From Eledone cirrhosa (lineage: Eukaryota): 64,000 bases of DNA. Under the pieces are notes generated by a model that saw only the letters and a list, made by a program, of their open reading frames with translations, was not told where the DNA came from and did no database searches. The stretch is taken from NCBI GenBank assembly GCA_964016885.1, contig OZ024754.1, positions 19,468,001 through 19,532,000 on the forward strand. Direction: 5' to 3'. Numbering within the stretch: position 1 is the stretch's first letter; the number at the start of each line of letters is the position of its first letter. Both the position numbers and the translations under genes were made by a program. Below, piece by piece: positions 45,371-60,400 of the stretch.

Positions 45371-48300
45371 ATGTCTCTGCCATGATATAGTTACTTTAGT
45401 TTCAACACAGTCTCAGATCAAGTCACTTGCCAGACATGTGCAACTGTGGCTAAAATGACTCTTCCATGATATAGTTACTTTAGTTTCAACACAGTCACAG
45501 ATCAAGTCACTTACCAGGGATGTACAACTGTAGCTAAAATGACTCTTCCATGATATAGTTACTTTAGTTTCAACACAGTCACAGATCAAGTCACTTACCA
45601 GGGATGTACAACTGTAGCTAAAATGACTCTTCCATGATATAGTTTCTTTAGTTTCAACACAGTCTCAGATCAAGTCACTTGCCAGACATCTTTAACTGGG
45701 GCTAAAATGACTCTTCCATGATATAGTTACTTTAGTTTCAACACAATCTCAGATCAAGTCAGTTACCAGACATGTACAACTGTGGTTAGCATGACTCTTC
45801 AATGATATAGTTACTTTAGTTTCAACACAATCTCAGATCAAGTCACTTGCTAGACATGTGCAACTGTGGCTAAAATGACTCTTCCATGATATAGTTACTT
45901 TAGTTTCAACACAGTCTCAGATCAAGTCACTTACCAGACATGTACAACTGTGGCTAAAATGACTTTTCCAAGATATAGTTACTTTAGTTTCAACACAGTC
46001 TCAGATCAAGTCACTTACCAGGGATGTACAACTGTGGCTAAAATGAATCTTCCATGATATAGTTACTTTTGTTTCAACACAGTCTCAGATCAAGTCACTT
46101 GCCACACATGTACAACTGTGACTAAAATGATTCTTCCATGATATAGTTACTTTAGTTTCAACGCAGTCACAGATCAAGTGTCTTGACGGACATGTACAAT
46201 AGTAGCTAAAATGACTCTTCCATGATATAGTTACTTTAGTTTCAACACAACCTCAGATCAAGTCACTTGCCAGACATCTACAACTCTGGCTAGAATGACT
46301 CTTCAATGATATAGTTACTTTAGTTTAAACACAATCTCAGATCAAGTCACTTGCCAGACATCTTTAACTGGGGCTAAAATGACTCTTCCATGATATAGCT
46401 ACTTTAGTTTCAACACAATCTCAGATCAAGTCAGTTACCAGACATGTACAACTGTGGTTAGCATGACTCTTCAATGATATAGTTACTTTAGTTTCAACAC
46501 AATCTCAGATCAAGTCACTTGCTAGACATGTGCAACTGTGGCTAAAATGACTCTTCCATGATATAGTTACTTTAGTTTCAACACAGTCTCAGATCAAGTC
46601 ACTTACCAGACATGTACAACTGTGGCTAAAATGACTTTTCCAAGATATAGTTACTTTAGTTTCAACACAGACTCAGATCAAGTCACTTGCCAGACATGTA
46701 CAACTCTGGCTAAAATGACTCTTCCATGATATAGTTACTTTAGTTTCAACACAGTCTCAGATAAAATCACTTGCCAGACATGTACAACTGTGGCTAAAAT
46801 GACTGTTCCATGATATAGTTACTTTAGTTTCAACACAATCTCAGATCAAGTCAGTTACCATACATGTACAACTGTGGTTAGAATGACTCTTCCATGATAT
46901 AGTTACTTTAGTTTCAACACAGTCTCAGATCAAGTCACTTGCCAGACATGTACAACTGTGACTAAAATGATTCTTCCATGATATAGTTACTTTAGTTTCA
47001 ACGCAGTCACAGATCAAGTGTCTTGCCAGACATGTACAACAGTAGCTAAAATGACTCTTCCATGATATAGTTACTTTAGTTTCAACACAGTCTCAGATCA
47101 AGTCACTTGCCAGACATGTGCAACTGTGGCTAAAATGTCTCTGCCATGATATAGTTACTTTAGTTTCAACACAGTCTCAGATCAAGTCACTTACCAGGGA
47201 TGTACAACTGTAGCTAAAATGACTCTTCCATGATATAGTTACTTTAGTTTCAACACAGTCACAGATCAAGTCACTTACCAGGGATGTACAACTGTAGCTA
47301 AAATGACTCTTCCATGATATAGTTACTTTAGTTTCAACACAGTCTCAGATCAAGTCACTTGCCAGACATGTACAACTGTGGCTAAAATGACTCTTCCATG
47401 ATATAGTTACTTTAGTTTCAACACAGTTTCAGATCAAGTCACTTACCAGACATGTACAACTGTGGCTAAAATGAATCTTCCATGATATAGTTACTTTTGT
47501 TTCAACACAGTCTCAGATCAAGTCACTTGCCACACATGTACAACTGTGACTAAAATGATTCTTCCATGATATAGTTACTTTAGTTTCAACGCAGTCACAG
47601 ATCAAGTGTCTTGCCGGACATGTACAACAGTAGCTAAAATGACTCTTCCATGATATAGTTACTTTAGTTTCAACACAACCTCAGATCAAGTCACTTGCCA
47701 GACATCTACAACTCTGGCTAGAATGACTCTTCAATGATATAGTTACTTTAGTTTAAACACAATCTCAGATCAAGTCACTTGCCAGACATCTTTAACTGGG
47801 GCTAGAATGACTCTTCCATGATATAGCTACTTTAGTTTCAACACAATCTCAGATCAAGTCAGTTACCAGACATGTACAACTGTGGTTAGCATGACTCTTC
47901 AATGATATAGTTACTTTAGTTTCAACACAATCTCAGATCAAGTCACTTGCTAGACATGTGCAACTGTGGCTAAAATGACTCTTCCATGATATAGTTACTT
48001 TAGTTTCAACACAGTCTCAGATCAAGTCACTTACCAGACATGTACAACTGTGGCTAAAATGACTTTTCCAAGATATAGTTACTTTAGTTTCAACACAGAC
48101 ACAGATCAAGTCACTTGACAGACATGTACAACTGTGGCTAAAATGACTCTTCCATGATATAGTTACTTTAGTTTCAACACAGTCTCAGATAAAATCACTT
48201 GCCAGACATGTACAACTGTGGCTAAAATGACTGTTCCATGATATAGTTACTTTAGTTTCAACACAATCTCAGATCAAGTCACTTACCATACATGTACAAC

Positions 48301-51300
48301 TGTGGTTAGAATGACTCTTCCATGATATAATTACTTTAGTTTCAACACAGTCTCAGATCAAGTCACTTGCCAGACATGTACAACTGTGACTAAAATGATT
48401 CTTCCATGATATAGTTACTTTAGTTTCAACGCAGTCACAGATCAAGTGTCTTGCCAGACATGTACAACAGTAGCTAAAATGACTCTTCCATGATATAGTT
48501 ACTTTAGTTTCAACACAGTTCTCAGATCAAGTCACTTGCCACACATGTACAACTGTGACTAAAATGATTCTTCCATGATATAGTTACTTTAGTTTCAACA
48601 CAGTCTCAGATCAAGTCACTTGCCAGACATGTGCAACTGTGGCTAAAATGACTCTTCCATGATATAGTTACTTTAGTTTCAACACAGTCACAGATCAAGT
48701 CACTTACCAGGGATGTACAACTGTAGCTAAAATGACTCTTCCATGATATAGTTACTTTAGTTTCAACACAGTCTCAGATCAAGTCATTTGCCAGACATGT
48801 ACAACTGTGGCTAAAATGACTCTTCCATGATATAGTTACTTTAGTTTCAACACAGTCTCAGATCAAGTCACTTACCAGACATGTACAACTGTGGCTAAAA
48901 TGAATCTTCCATGATATAGTTACTTTTGTTTCAACACAGTCTCAGATCAAGTCACTTGCCACACATGTACAACTGTGACTAAAATGATTCTTCCATGATA
49001 TAGTTACTTTAGTTTCAACGCAGTCACAGATCAAGTGTCTTGCCGGACATGTACAATAGTAGCTAAAATGACTCTTCCATGATATAGTTACTTTAGTTTC
49101 AACACAACCTCAGATCAAGTCACTTGCCAGACATCTACAACTCTGGCTAGAATGACTCTTCAATGATATAGTTACTTTAGTTTAAACACAATCTCAGATC
49201 AAGTCACTTGCCAGACATCTTTAACTGGGGCTAAAATGACTCTTCCATGATATAGCTACTTTAGTTTCAACACAATCTCAGATCAAGTCAGTTACCAGAC
49301 ATGTACAACTGTGGTTAGCATGACTCTTCAATGATATAGTTACTTTAGTTTCAACACAATCTCAGATCAAGTCACTTGCTAGACATGTGCAACTGTGGCT
49401 AAAATGACTCTTCCATGATATAGTTACTTTAGTTTCAACACAGTCTCAGATCAAGTCACTTACCAGACATGTACAACTGTGGCTAAAATGACTTTTCCAA
49501 GATATAGTTACTTTAGTTTCAACACAGACTCAGATCAAGTCACTTGCCAGACTTGTACAACTCTGGCTAAAATGACTCTTCCATGATATAGTTACTTTAG
49601 TTTCAACACAGTCTCAGATAAAATCACTTGCCAGACATGTACAACTGTGGCTAAAATGACTGTTCCATGATATAGTTACTTTAGTTTCAACACAATCTCA
49701 GATCAAGTCACTTACCATACATGTACAACTGTGGTTAGAATGACTCTTCCATGATATAGTTACTTTAGTTTCAACACAGTCTCAGATCAAGTCACTTGCC
49801 AGACATGTACAACTGTGACTAAAATGATTCTTCCATGATATAGTTACTTTAGTTTCAACGCAGTCACAGATCAAGTGTCTTGCCAGACATGTACAACAGT
49901 AGCTAAAATGACTCTTCCATGATATAGTTACTTTAGTTTCAACACAGTCTCAGATCAAGTCACTTGCCAGACATGTGCAACTGTGGCTAAAATGTCTCTG
50001 CCATGATATAGTTACTTTAGTTTCAACACAGTCTCAGATCAAGTCACTTGCTAGTCATGTACAACTGTGGCTAAAATGACTCTTCCATGATATAGTTACT
50101 TTAGTTTCGACACAGTCTCAGATCAAGTCACTTGCTAGACATGTACAACTGTGGCTAAAATGACTCGTCCATGATATAGTTACGTTAGTTTCAACACAGT
50201 CACAGATCAAGTGTCTTGCCAGACATGTACAACAGTAGCTAAAATGACTCTTCCATGATATAGTTACTTTAGTTTCAACACAGTCACAGATCAAGTCACT
50301 TACCAGGGATGTACAACTGTAGCTAAAATGACTCTTCCATGATATAGTTACTTTAGTTTCAACACAGTCACAGATCAAGTCACTTACCAGGGATGTACAA
50401 CTGTAGCTAAAATGACTCTTCCATGATATAGTTACTTTAGTTTCAACACAGTCTCAGATCAAGTCACTTGCCAGACATGTACAACTGTGGCTAAAATGAC
50501 TCTTCCATGATATAGTTACTTTAGTTTCAACACAGTCTCAGATCAAGTCACTTACCAGACATGTACAACTGTGGCTAAAATGAATCTTCCATGATATAGT
50601 TACTTTTGTTTCAACACAGTCTCAGATCAAGTCACTTGCCACACATGTACAACTGTGACTAAAATGATTCTTCCATGATATAGTTACTTTAGTTTCAACG
50701 CAGTCACAGATCAAGTGTCTTGCCGGACATGTACAACAGTAGCTAAAATGACTCTTCCATGATATAGTTACTTTAGTTTCAACACAACCTCAGATCAAGT
50801 CACTTGCCAGACATCTACAACTCTGGCTAGAATGACTCTTCAATGATATAGTTACTTTAGTTTAAACACAATCTCAGCTCAAGTCACTTGCCAGACATCT
50901 TTAACTGGGGCTAAAATGACTCTTCCATGATATAGCTACTTTAGTTTCAACACAATCTCAGATCAAGTCAGTTACCAGACATGTACAACTGTGGTTAGCA
51001 TGACTCTCCAATGATATAGTTACTTTAGTTTCAACACAATCTCAGATCAAGTCACTTGCTAGACATGTGCAACTGTGGCTAAAATGACTCTTCCATGATA
51101 TAGTTACTTTAGTTTCAACACAGTCTCAGATCAAGTCACTTACCAGACATGTACAACTGTGGCTAAAATGACTTTTCCAAGATATAGTTACTTTAGTTTC
51201 AACACAGACTCAGATCAAGTCACTTGCCAGACATGTACAACTCTGGCTAAAATGACTCTTCCATGATATAGTTACTTTAGTTTCAACACAGTCTCAGATA

Positions 51301-51380
51301 AAATCACTTGCCAGACATGTACAACTGTGGCTAAAATGACTGTTCCATGATATAGTTACTTTAGTTTCAACACAATCTCA

Positions 51381-51400
51381 GATCAAGTCATTTAGAATGA
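51381..51400. other. 23-bp internal deletion junction (61-bp monomer), copy 1
   Basis: GATCAAGTCATTTAGAATGA is seen instead of the parent GATCAAGTCACTTACCATACATGTACAACTGTGGTTAGAATGA. Confidence 0.95.
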
Positions 51401-52449
51401 CTCTTCCATGATATAGTTACTTTAGTTTCAACACAGTCTCAGATCAAGTCACTTGCCAGACATGTAAAACTGTGACTAAAATGATTCTTCCATGATATAG
51501 TTACTTTAGTTTCAACGCAGTCACAGATCAAGTGTCTTGCCAGACATGTACAACAGTAGCTAAAATGACTCTTCCATGATATAGTTACTTTAGTTTCAAC
51601 ACAGTCTCAGATCAAGTCACTTGCCAGACATGTGCAACTGTGGCTAAAATGTCTCTGCCATGATATAGTTACTTTAGTTTCAACACAGTCTCAGATCAAG
51701 TCACTTGCTAGACATGTACAACTGTGGCTAAAATGACTCTTCCATGATATAGTTACTTTAGTTTCGACACAGTCTCAGATCAAGTCACTTGCTAGACATG
51801 TACAACTGTGGCTAAAATGACTCGTCCATGATATAGTTACTTTAGTTTCAACACAGTCTAAGATCAAGTCACTTGCCAGACATGTGCAACTGTGGCTAAA
51901 ATGACTCTTCCATGATATAGTTACTTTAGTTTCAACACAGTCACAGATCAAGTCACTTGCCAGATATCTTTAACTGGGGCTAAAATGACTCTTCCATGAT
52001 ATAGCTACTTTAGTTTCAACACAATCTCAGATCAAGTCAGTTACCAGACATGTACAACTGTGGTTAGCATGACTCTTCAATGATATAGTTACTTTAGTTT
52101 CAACACAATCTCAGATCAAGTCACTTGCTAGACATGTGCAACTGTGGCTAAAATGACTCTTCCATGATATAGTTACTTTAGTTTCAACACAGTCTCAGAT
52201 CAAGTCACTTACCAGACATGTACAACTGTGGCTAAAATGACTTTTCCAAGATATAGTTACTTTAGTTTCAACACAGACTCAGATCAAGTCACTTGCCAGA
52301 CATGTACAACTCTGGCTAAAATGACTCTTCCATGATATAGTTACTTTAGTTTCAACACAGTCTCAGATAAAATCACTTGCCAGACATGTACAACTGTGGC
52401 TAAAATGACTGTTCCATGATATAGTTACTTTAGTTTCAACACAATCTCA

Positions 52450-52469
52450 GATCAAGTCATTTAGAATGA
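52450..52469. other. 23-bp internal deletion junction (61-bp monomer), copy 2
   Basis: The identical junction occurs 1069 bp (13x84-23) downstream of copy 1. Confidence 0.95.
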
Positions 52470-54429
52470 CTCTTCCATGATATAGTTACTTTAGTTTCAA
52501 CACAGTCTCAGATCAAGTCACTTGCCAGACATGTACAACTGTGACTAAAATGATTCTTCCATGATATAGTTACTTTAGTTTCAACGCAGTCACAGATCAA
52601 GTGTCTTGCCAGACATGTACAACAGTAGCTAAAATGACTCTTCCATGATATAGTTACTTTAGTTTCAACACAGTCTCAGATCAAGTCACTTGCCAGACAT
52701 GTGCAACTGTGGCTAAAATGTCTCTGCCATGATATAGTTACTTTAGTTTCAACACAGTCTCAGATCAAATCACTTGCTAGACATGTACAACTGTGGCTAA
52801 AATGACTCTTCCATGATATAGTTACTTTAGTTTCGACACAGTCTCAGATCAAGTCACTTGCTAGACATGTACAACTGTGGCTAAAATGACTCGTCCATGA
52901 TATAGTTACTTTAGTTTCAACACAGTCTCAGATCAAGTCACTTGCCAGACATGTGCAACTGTGGCTAAAATGACTCTTCCATGATATAGTTACTTTAGTT
53001 TCAACACAGTCACAGATCAAGTCACTTACCAGGGATGTACAACTGTAGCTAAAATGACTCTTCCATGATATAGTTACTTTAGTTTCAACACAGTCACAGA
53101 TCAAGTCACTTACCAGGGATGTACAACTGTAGCTAAAATGACTCTTCCATGATATAGTTACTTTAGTTTCAACACAGTCTCAGATCAAGTCACTTGCCAG
53201 ACATGTACAACTGTGGCTAAAATGACTCTTCCATGATATAGTTACTTTAGTTTCAACACAGTCTCAGATCAAGTCACTTGCCAGACATGTGCAACTGTGG
53301 CTAAAATGTCTCTGCCATGATATAGTTACTTTAGTTTCAACACAGTCTCAGATCAAGTCACTTGCTAGACATGTACAACTGTGGCTAAAATGACTCTTCC
53401 ATGATATAGTTACTTTAGTTTCGACACAGTCTCAGATCAAGTCACTTGCTAGACATGTACAACTGTGGCTAAAATGACTCGTCCATGATATAGTTACTTT
53501 AGTTTCAACACAGTCTCAGATCAAGTCACTTGCCAGACATGTGCAACTGTGGCTAAAATGACTCTTCCATGATATAGTTACTTTAGTTTCAACACAGTCA
53601 CAGATCAAGTCACTTACCAGGGATGTACAACTGTAGCTAAAATGACTCTTCCATGATATAGTTACTTTAGTTTCAACACAGTCTCAGATCAAGTCACTTG
53701 CCAGACATGTACAACTGTGGCTAAAATGACTCTTCCATGATATAGTTACTTTAGTTTCAACACAGTCTCAGATCAAGTCACTTACCAGACATGTACAACT
53801 GTGGCTAAAATGAATCTTCCATGATATAGTTACTTTTGTTTCAACACAGTCTCAGATCAAGTCACTTGCCACACATGTACAACTGTGACTAAAATGATTC
53901 TTCCATGATACAGTTACTTTAGTTTCAACGCAGTCACAGATCAAGTGTCTTGCCGGACATGTACAACAGTAGCTAAAATGACTCTTCCATGATATAGTTA
54001 CTTTAGTTTCAACACAACCTCAGATCAAGTCACTTGCCAGACATCTACAACTCTGGCTAGAATGACTCTTCAATGATATAGTTACTTTAGTTTAAACACA
54101 ATCTCAGCTCAAGTCACTTGCCAGACATCTTTAACTGGGGCTAAAATGACTCTTCCATGATATAGCTACTTTAGTTTCAACACAATCTCAGATCAAGTCA
54201 GTTACCAGACATGTACAACTGTGGTTAGCATGACTCTTCAATGATATATTTACTTTAGTTTCAACACAATCTCAGATCAAGTCACTTGCTAGACATGTGC
54301 AACTGTGGCTAAAATGACTCTTCCATGATATAGTTACTTTAGTTTCAACACAGTCTCAGATCAAGTCACTTACCAGACATGTACAACTGTGGCTAAAATG
54401 ACTTTTCCAAGATATAGTTACTTTAGTTT

Positions 54430-57400
54430 CAACACAGACTCAGATCAAGTCACTTGCCAGACATGTACAACTCTGGCTAAAATGACTCTTCCATGATATA
54501 GTTACTTTAGTTTCAACACAGTCTCAGATAAAATCACTTGCCAGACATGTACAACTGTGGCTAAAATGACTGTTCCATGATATAGTTACTTTAGTTTCAA
54601 CACAATCTCAGATCAAGTCACTTACCATACATGTACAACTGTGGTTAGAATGACTCTTCCATGATATAGTTACTTTAGTTTCAACACAGTCTCAGATCAA
54701 GTCACTTGCCAGACATGTACAACTGTGACTAAAATGATTCTTCCATGATATAGTTACTTTAGTTTCAACGCAGTCACAGATCAAGTGTCTTGCCAGACAT
54801 GTACAACAGTAGCTAAAATGACTCTTCCATGATATAGTTACTTTAGTTTCAACACAGTCTCAGATCAAGTCACTTGCCAGACATGTGCAACTGTGGCTAA
54901 AATGTCTCTGCCATGATATAGTTACTTTAGTTTCAACACAGTCTCAGATCAAGTCACTTGCTAGACATGTACAACTGTGGCTAAGATGACTCTTCCATGA
55001 TATAGTTACTTTAGTTTCGACACAGTCTCAGATCAAGTCACTTGCTAGACATGTACAACTGTGGCTAAAATGACTCGTCCATGATATAGTTACTTTAGTT
55101 TCAACACAGTCTCAGATCAAGTCACTTGCCAGACATGTGCAACTGTGGCTAAAATGACTCTTCCATGATATAGTTACTTTAGTTTCAACACAGTCACAGA
55201 TCAAGTCACTTACCAGGGATGTACAACTGTAGCTAAAATGACTCTTCCATGATATAGTTACTTTAGTTTCAACACAGTCACAGATCAAGTCACTTACCAG
55301 GGATGTACAACTGTAGCTAAAATGACTCTTCCATGATATAGTTACTTTAGTTTCAACACAGTCTCAGATCAAGTCACTTGCCAGACATGTACAACTGTGG
55401 CTAAAATGACTCTTCCATGATATAGTTACTTTAGTTTCAACACAGTCTCAGATCAAGTCACTTACCAGACATGTACAACTGTGGCTAAAATGAATCTTCC
55501 ATGATATAGTTACTTTTGTTTCAACACAGTCTCAGATCAAGTCACTTGCCACACATGTACAACTGTGACTAAAATGATTCTTCCATGATATAGTTACTTT
55601 AGTTTCAACGCAGTCACAGATCAAGTGTCTTGCCGGACATGTACAATAGTAGCTAAAATGACTCTTCCATGATATAGTTACTTTAGTTTCAACACAACCT
55701 CAGATCAAGTCACTTGCCAGACATCTACAACTCTGGCTAGAATGACTCTTCAATGATATAGTTACTTTAGTTTAAACACAATCTCAGATCAAGTCACTTG
55801 CCAGACATCTTTAACTGGGGCTAAAATGACTCTTCCATGATATAGCTACTTTAGTTTCAACACAATCTCAGATCAAGTCAGTTACCAGACATGTACAACT
55901 GTGGTTAGCATGACTCTTCAATGATATAGTTACTTTAGTTTCAACACAATCTCAGATCAAGTCACTTGCTAGACATGTGCAACTGTGGCTAAAATGACTC
56001 TTCCATGATATAGTTACTTTAGTTTCAACACAGTCTCAGATCAAGTCACTTACGAGACATGTACAACTGTGGCTAAAATGACTTTTCCAAGATATAGTTA
56101 CTTTAGTTTCAACACAGACTCAGATCAAGTCACTTGCCAGGCTTGTACAACTCTGGCTAAAATGACTCTTCCATGATATAGTTACTTTAGTTTCAACACA
56201 GTCTCAGATAAAATCACTTGCCAGACATGTACAACTGTGGCTAAAATGACTGTTCCATGATATAGTTACTTTAGTTTCAACACAATCTCAGATCAAGTCA
56301 CTTACCATACATGTACAACTGTGGTTAGAATGACTCTTCCATGATATAGTTACTTTAGTTTCAACACAGTCTCAGATCAAGTCACTTGCCAGACATGTAC
56401 AACAGTAGCTAAAATGACTCTTCCATGATATAGTTACTTTAGTTTCAACACAGTCTCATATCAAGTCACTTGCCAGACATGTGCAACTGTGGCTAAAATG
56501 TCTCTGCCATGATATAATTACTTTAGTTTCAACACAGTCTCAGATCAAGTCACTTGCTAGACATGTACAACTGTGGCTAAAATGACTCTTCCATGATATA
56601 GTTACTTTAGTTTCGACACAGTCTCAGATCAAGTCACTTGCTAGACATGTACAACTGTGGCTAAAATGACTCGTCCATGATATAGTTACTTTACTTTCAA
56701 CACAGTCTCAGATCAAGTCACTTGCCAGACATGTGCAACTGTGGCTAAAATGACTCTTCCATGATATAGTTACTTTAGTTTCAACACAGTCACAGATCAA
56801 GTCACTTACCAGGGATGTACAACTGTAGCTAAAATGACTCTTCCATGATATAGTTACTTTAGTTTCAACACAGTCACAGATCAAGTCACTTACCAGGGAT
56901 GTACAACTGTAGCTAAAATGACTCTTCCATGATATAGTTACTTTAGTTTCAACACAGTCACAGATCAAGTCACTTACCAGGGATGTACAACTGTGGCTAA
57001 AATGACTCTTCCATGATATAGTTACTTTAGTTTGAACACAGTCTCAGATCAAGTCACTTGCTAGACATGTGCAACTGTGGCTAAAATGAATCTTCCATGA
57101 TATAGTTACTTTAGTTTCAACACAGTCACAGATCAAGTCACTTACCAGACATGTACAACTGTGGCTAAAATGACTCTTCCATGATATAGTTACTTTAGTT
57201 TCAACACAGTCACAGATCATGTCACTTGCCAGACATGTACAACTGTAGCTAAAATGACTCTTCCATGATATAGTTACTTTAGTTTCAACACAGTCTCAGA
57301 TCAAGTAACTTGCCTGACATGTACAACTGTGGCTAAAATGACTCTTCCATGATATAGTTACTTTAGTTTCAACACAGTCTCAGATCAAGTCACTTGCCAG

Positions 57401-60400
57401 ACATGTACAACTGTGACTAAAATGATTCTTCCATGATATAGTTACTTTAGTTTCAACGCAGTCACAGATCAAGTGTCTTGCCGGACATGTACAACAGTAG
57501 CTAAAATGACTCTTCCATGATATAGTTACTTTAGTTTCAACACAACCTCAGATCAAGTCACTTGCCAGACATCTACAACTCTGGCTAGAATGACTCTTCA
57601 ATGATATAGTTACTTTAGTTTAAACACAATCTCAGATCAAGTCACTTGCCAGACATCTTTAACTGGGGCTAAAATGACTCTTCCATGATATAGTTACTTT
57701 AGTTTCAACACAATCTAAGATCAAGTCAGTTACCAGACATGTACAACTGTGGTTAGCATGACTCTTCAATGATATAGTTACTTTAGTTTCAACACAATCT
57801 CAGATCAAGTCACTTGCTAGACATGTGCAACTGTGGCTAAAATGACTCTTCCATGATACAGTTACTTTAGTTTGAACACAGTGTTAGATCAAGTCACTTG
57901 CTAGACATGTACAACTGTGGCTAAAATGATTCTTCCATGATATAGTTACTTTAGTTTCAACACAGTCTCAGATCAAGTCACTTGCTAGACATGTACAACT
58001 GTGGCTAAAATGACTCGTCCATGATATAGTTACTTTAGTTTCAACACAGTCTCAGATCAAGTCACTTGCCAGACATGTGCAACTGTGGCTAAAATGACTC
58101 TTCCATGATATAGTTACTTTAGTTTCAACACAGTCACAGATCAAGTCACTTACCAGGGATGTACAACTGTAGCTAAAATGACTCTTCCATGATATAGTTA
58201 CTTTAGTTTCAACACAGTCACAGATCAAGTCACTTACCAGGGATGTACAACTGTAGCTAAAATGACTCTTCCATGATATAGTTACTTTAGTTTCAACACA
58301 GTCTCAGATCAAGTCACTTGCCAGACATGTACAACTGTGGCTAAAATGACTCTTCCATGATATAGTTACTTTAGTTTCAGCACAGTCTCAGATCAAGTCA
58401 CTTACCAGACATGTACAACTGTGGCTAAAATGAATCTTCCATGATATAGTTACTTTTGTTTCAACACAGTCTCAGATCAAGTCACTTGCTAGACATGTGC
58501 AACTGTGGCTAAAATGACTCTTCCATGATACAGTTACTTTAGATTGAACACAGTCTTAGATCAAGTCACTGACCAGACATGTACAACTGTGGCTAAAATG
58601 ACTCTTCCATGATATAGTTACTTTAGATTCAGCACAGTCTCAGATCAAGTCACTTACCAGACATGTACAACTGTGGCTAAAATGAATCTTCCATGATATA
58701 GTTACTTTTGTTTCAACACAGTCTCAGATCAAGTCACTTGCCAGACATGTGCAACTGTGGCTAAAATGACTCTTCCATGATATAGTTACTTTAGTTTCAA
58801 CACAGTCACAGATCAAGTCACTTACCAGGGATGTACAACTGTAGCTAAAATGACTCTTCCATGATATAGTTACTTTAGTTTCAACACAGACTCAGATCAA
58901 GTCACTTGCCAGACATGTACAACTCTGGCTAAAATGACTCTTCCATGATATAGTTACTTTAGTTTCAACACAGTCTCAGATAAAATCACTTGCCAGACAT
59001 GTACAACTGTGGCTAAAATGACTGTTCCATGATATAGTTACTTTAGTTTCAACACAATCTCAGATCAAGTCACTTACCATACATGTACAACTGTGGTTAG
59101 AATGACTCTTCCATGATATAGTTACTTTAGTTTCAACACAGTCTCAGATCAAGTCACTTGCCAGACATGTACAACTGTGACTAAAATGATTCTTCCATGA
59201 TATAGTTACTTTAGTTTCAACGCAGTCACAGATCAAGTGTCTTGCCAGACATGTACAACAGTAGCTAAAATGACTCTTCCATGATATAGTTACTTTAGTT
59301 TCAACACAGTCTCAGATCAAGTCACTTGCCAGACATGTGCAACTGTGGCTAAAATGTCTCTGCCATGATATAGTTACTTTAGTTTCAACACAGTCTCAGA
59401 TCAAGTCACTTGCTAGACATGTACAACTGTGGCTAAGATGACTCTTCCATGATATAGTTACTTTAGTTTCGACACAGTCTCAGATCAAGTCACTTGCTAG
59501 ACATGTACAACTGTGGCTAAAATGACTCGTCCATGATATAGTTACTTTAGTTTCAACACAGTCTCAGATCAAGTCACTTGCCAGACATGTGCAACTGTGG
59601 CTAAAATGACTCTTCCATGATATAGTTACTTTAGTTTCAACACAGTCACAGATCAAGTCACTTACCAGGGATGTACAACTGTAGCTAAAATGACTCTTCC
59701 ATGATATAGTTACTTTAGTTTCAACACAGTCACAGATCAAGTCACTTACCAGGGATGTACAACTGTAGCTAAAATGACTCTTCCATGATATAGTTACTTT
59801 AGTTTCAACACAGTCTCAGATCAAGTCACTTGCCAGACATGTACAACTGTGGCTAAAATGACTCTTCCATGATATAGTTACTTTAGTTTCAACACAGTCT
59901 CAGATCAAGTCACTTACCAGACATGTACAACTGTGGCTAAAATGAATCTTCCATGATATAGTTACTTTTGTTTCAACACAGTCTCAGATCAAGTCACTTG
60001 CCACACATGTACAACTGTGACTAAAATGATTCTTCCATGATATAGTTACTTTAGTTTCAACGCAGTCACAGATCAAGTGTCTTGCCGGACATGTACAATA
60101 GTAGCTAAAATGACTCTTCCATGATATAGTTACTTTAGTTTCAACACAACCTCAGATCAAGTCACTTGCCAGACATCTACAACTCTGGCTAGAATGACTC
60201 TTCAATGATATAGTTACTTTAGTTTAAACACAATCTCAGATCAAGTCACTTGCCAGACATCTTTAACTGGGGCTAAAATGACTCTTCCATGATATAGCTA
60301 CTTTAGTTTCAACACAATCTCAGATCAAGTCAGTTACCAGACATGTACAACTGTGGTTAGCATGACTCTTCAATGATATAGTTACTTTAGTTTCAACACA

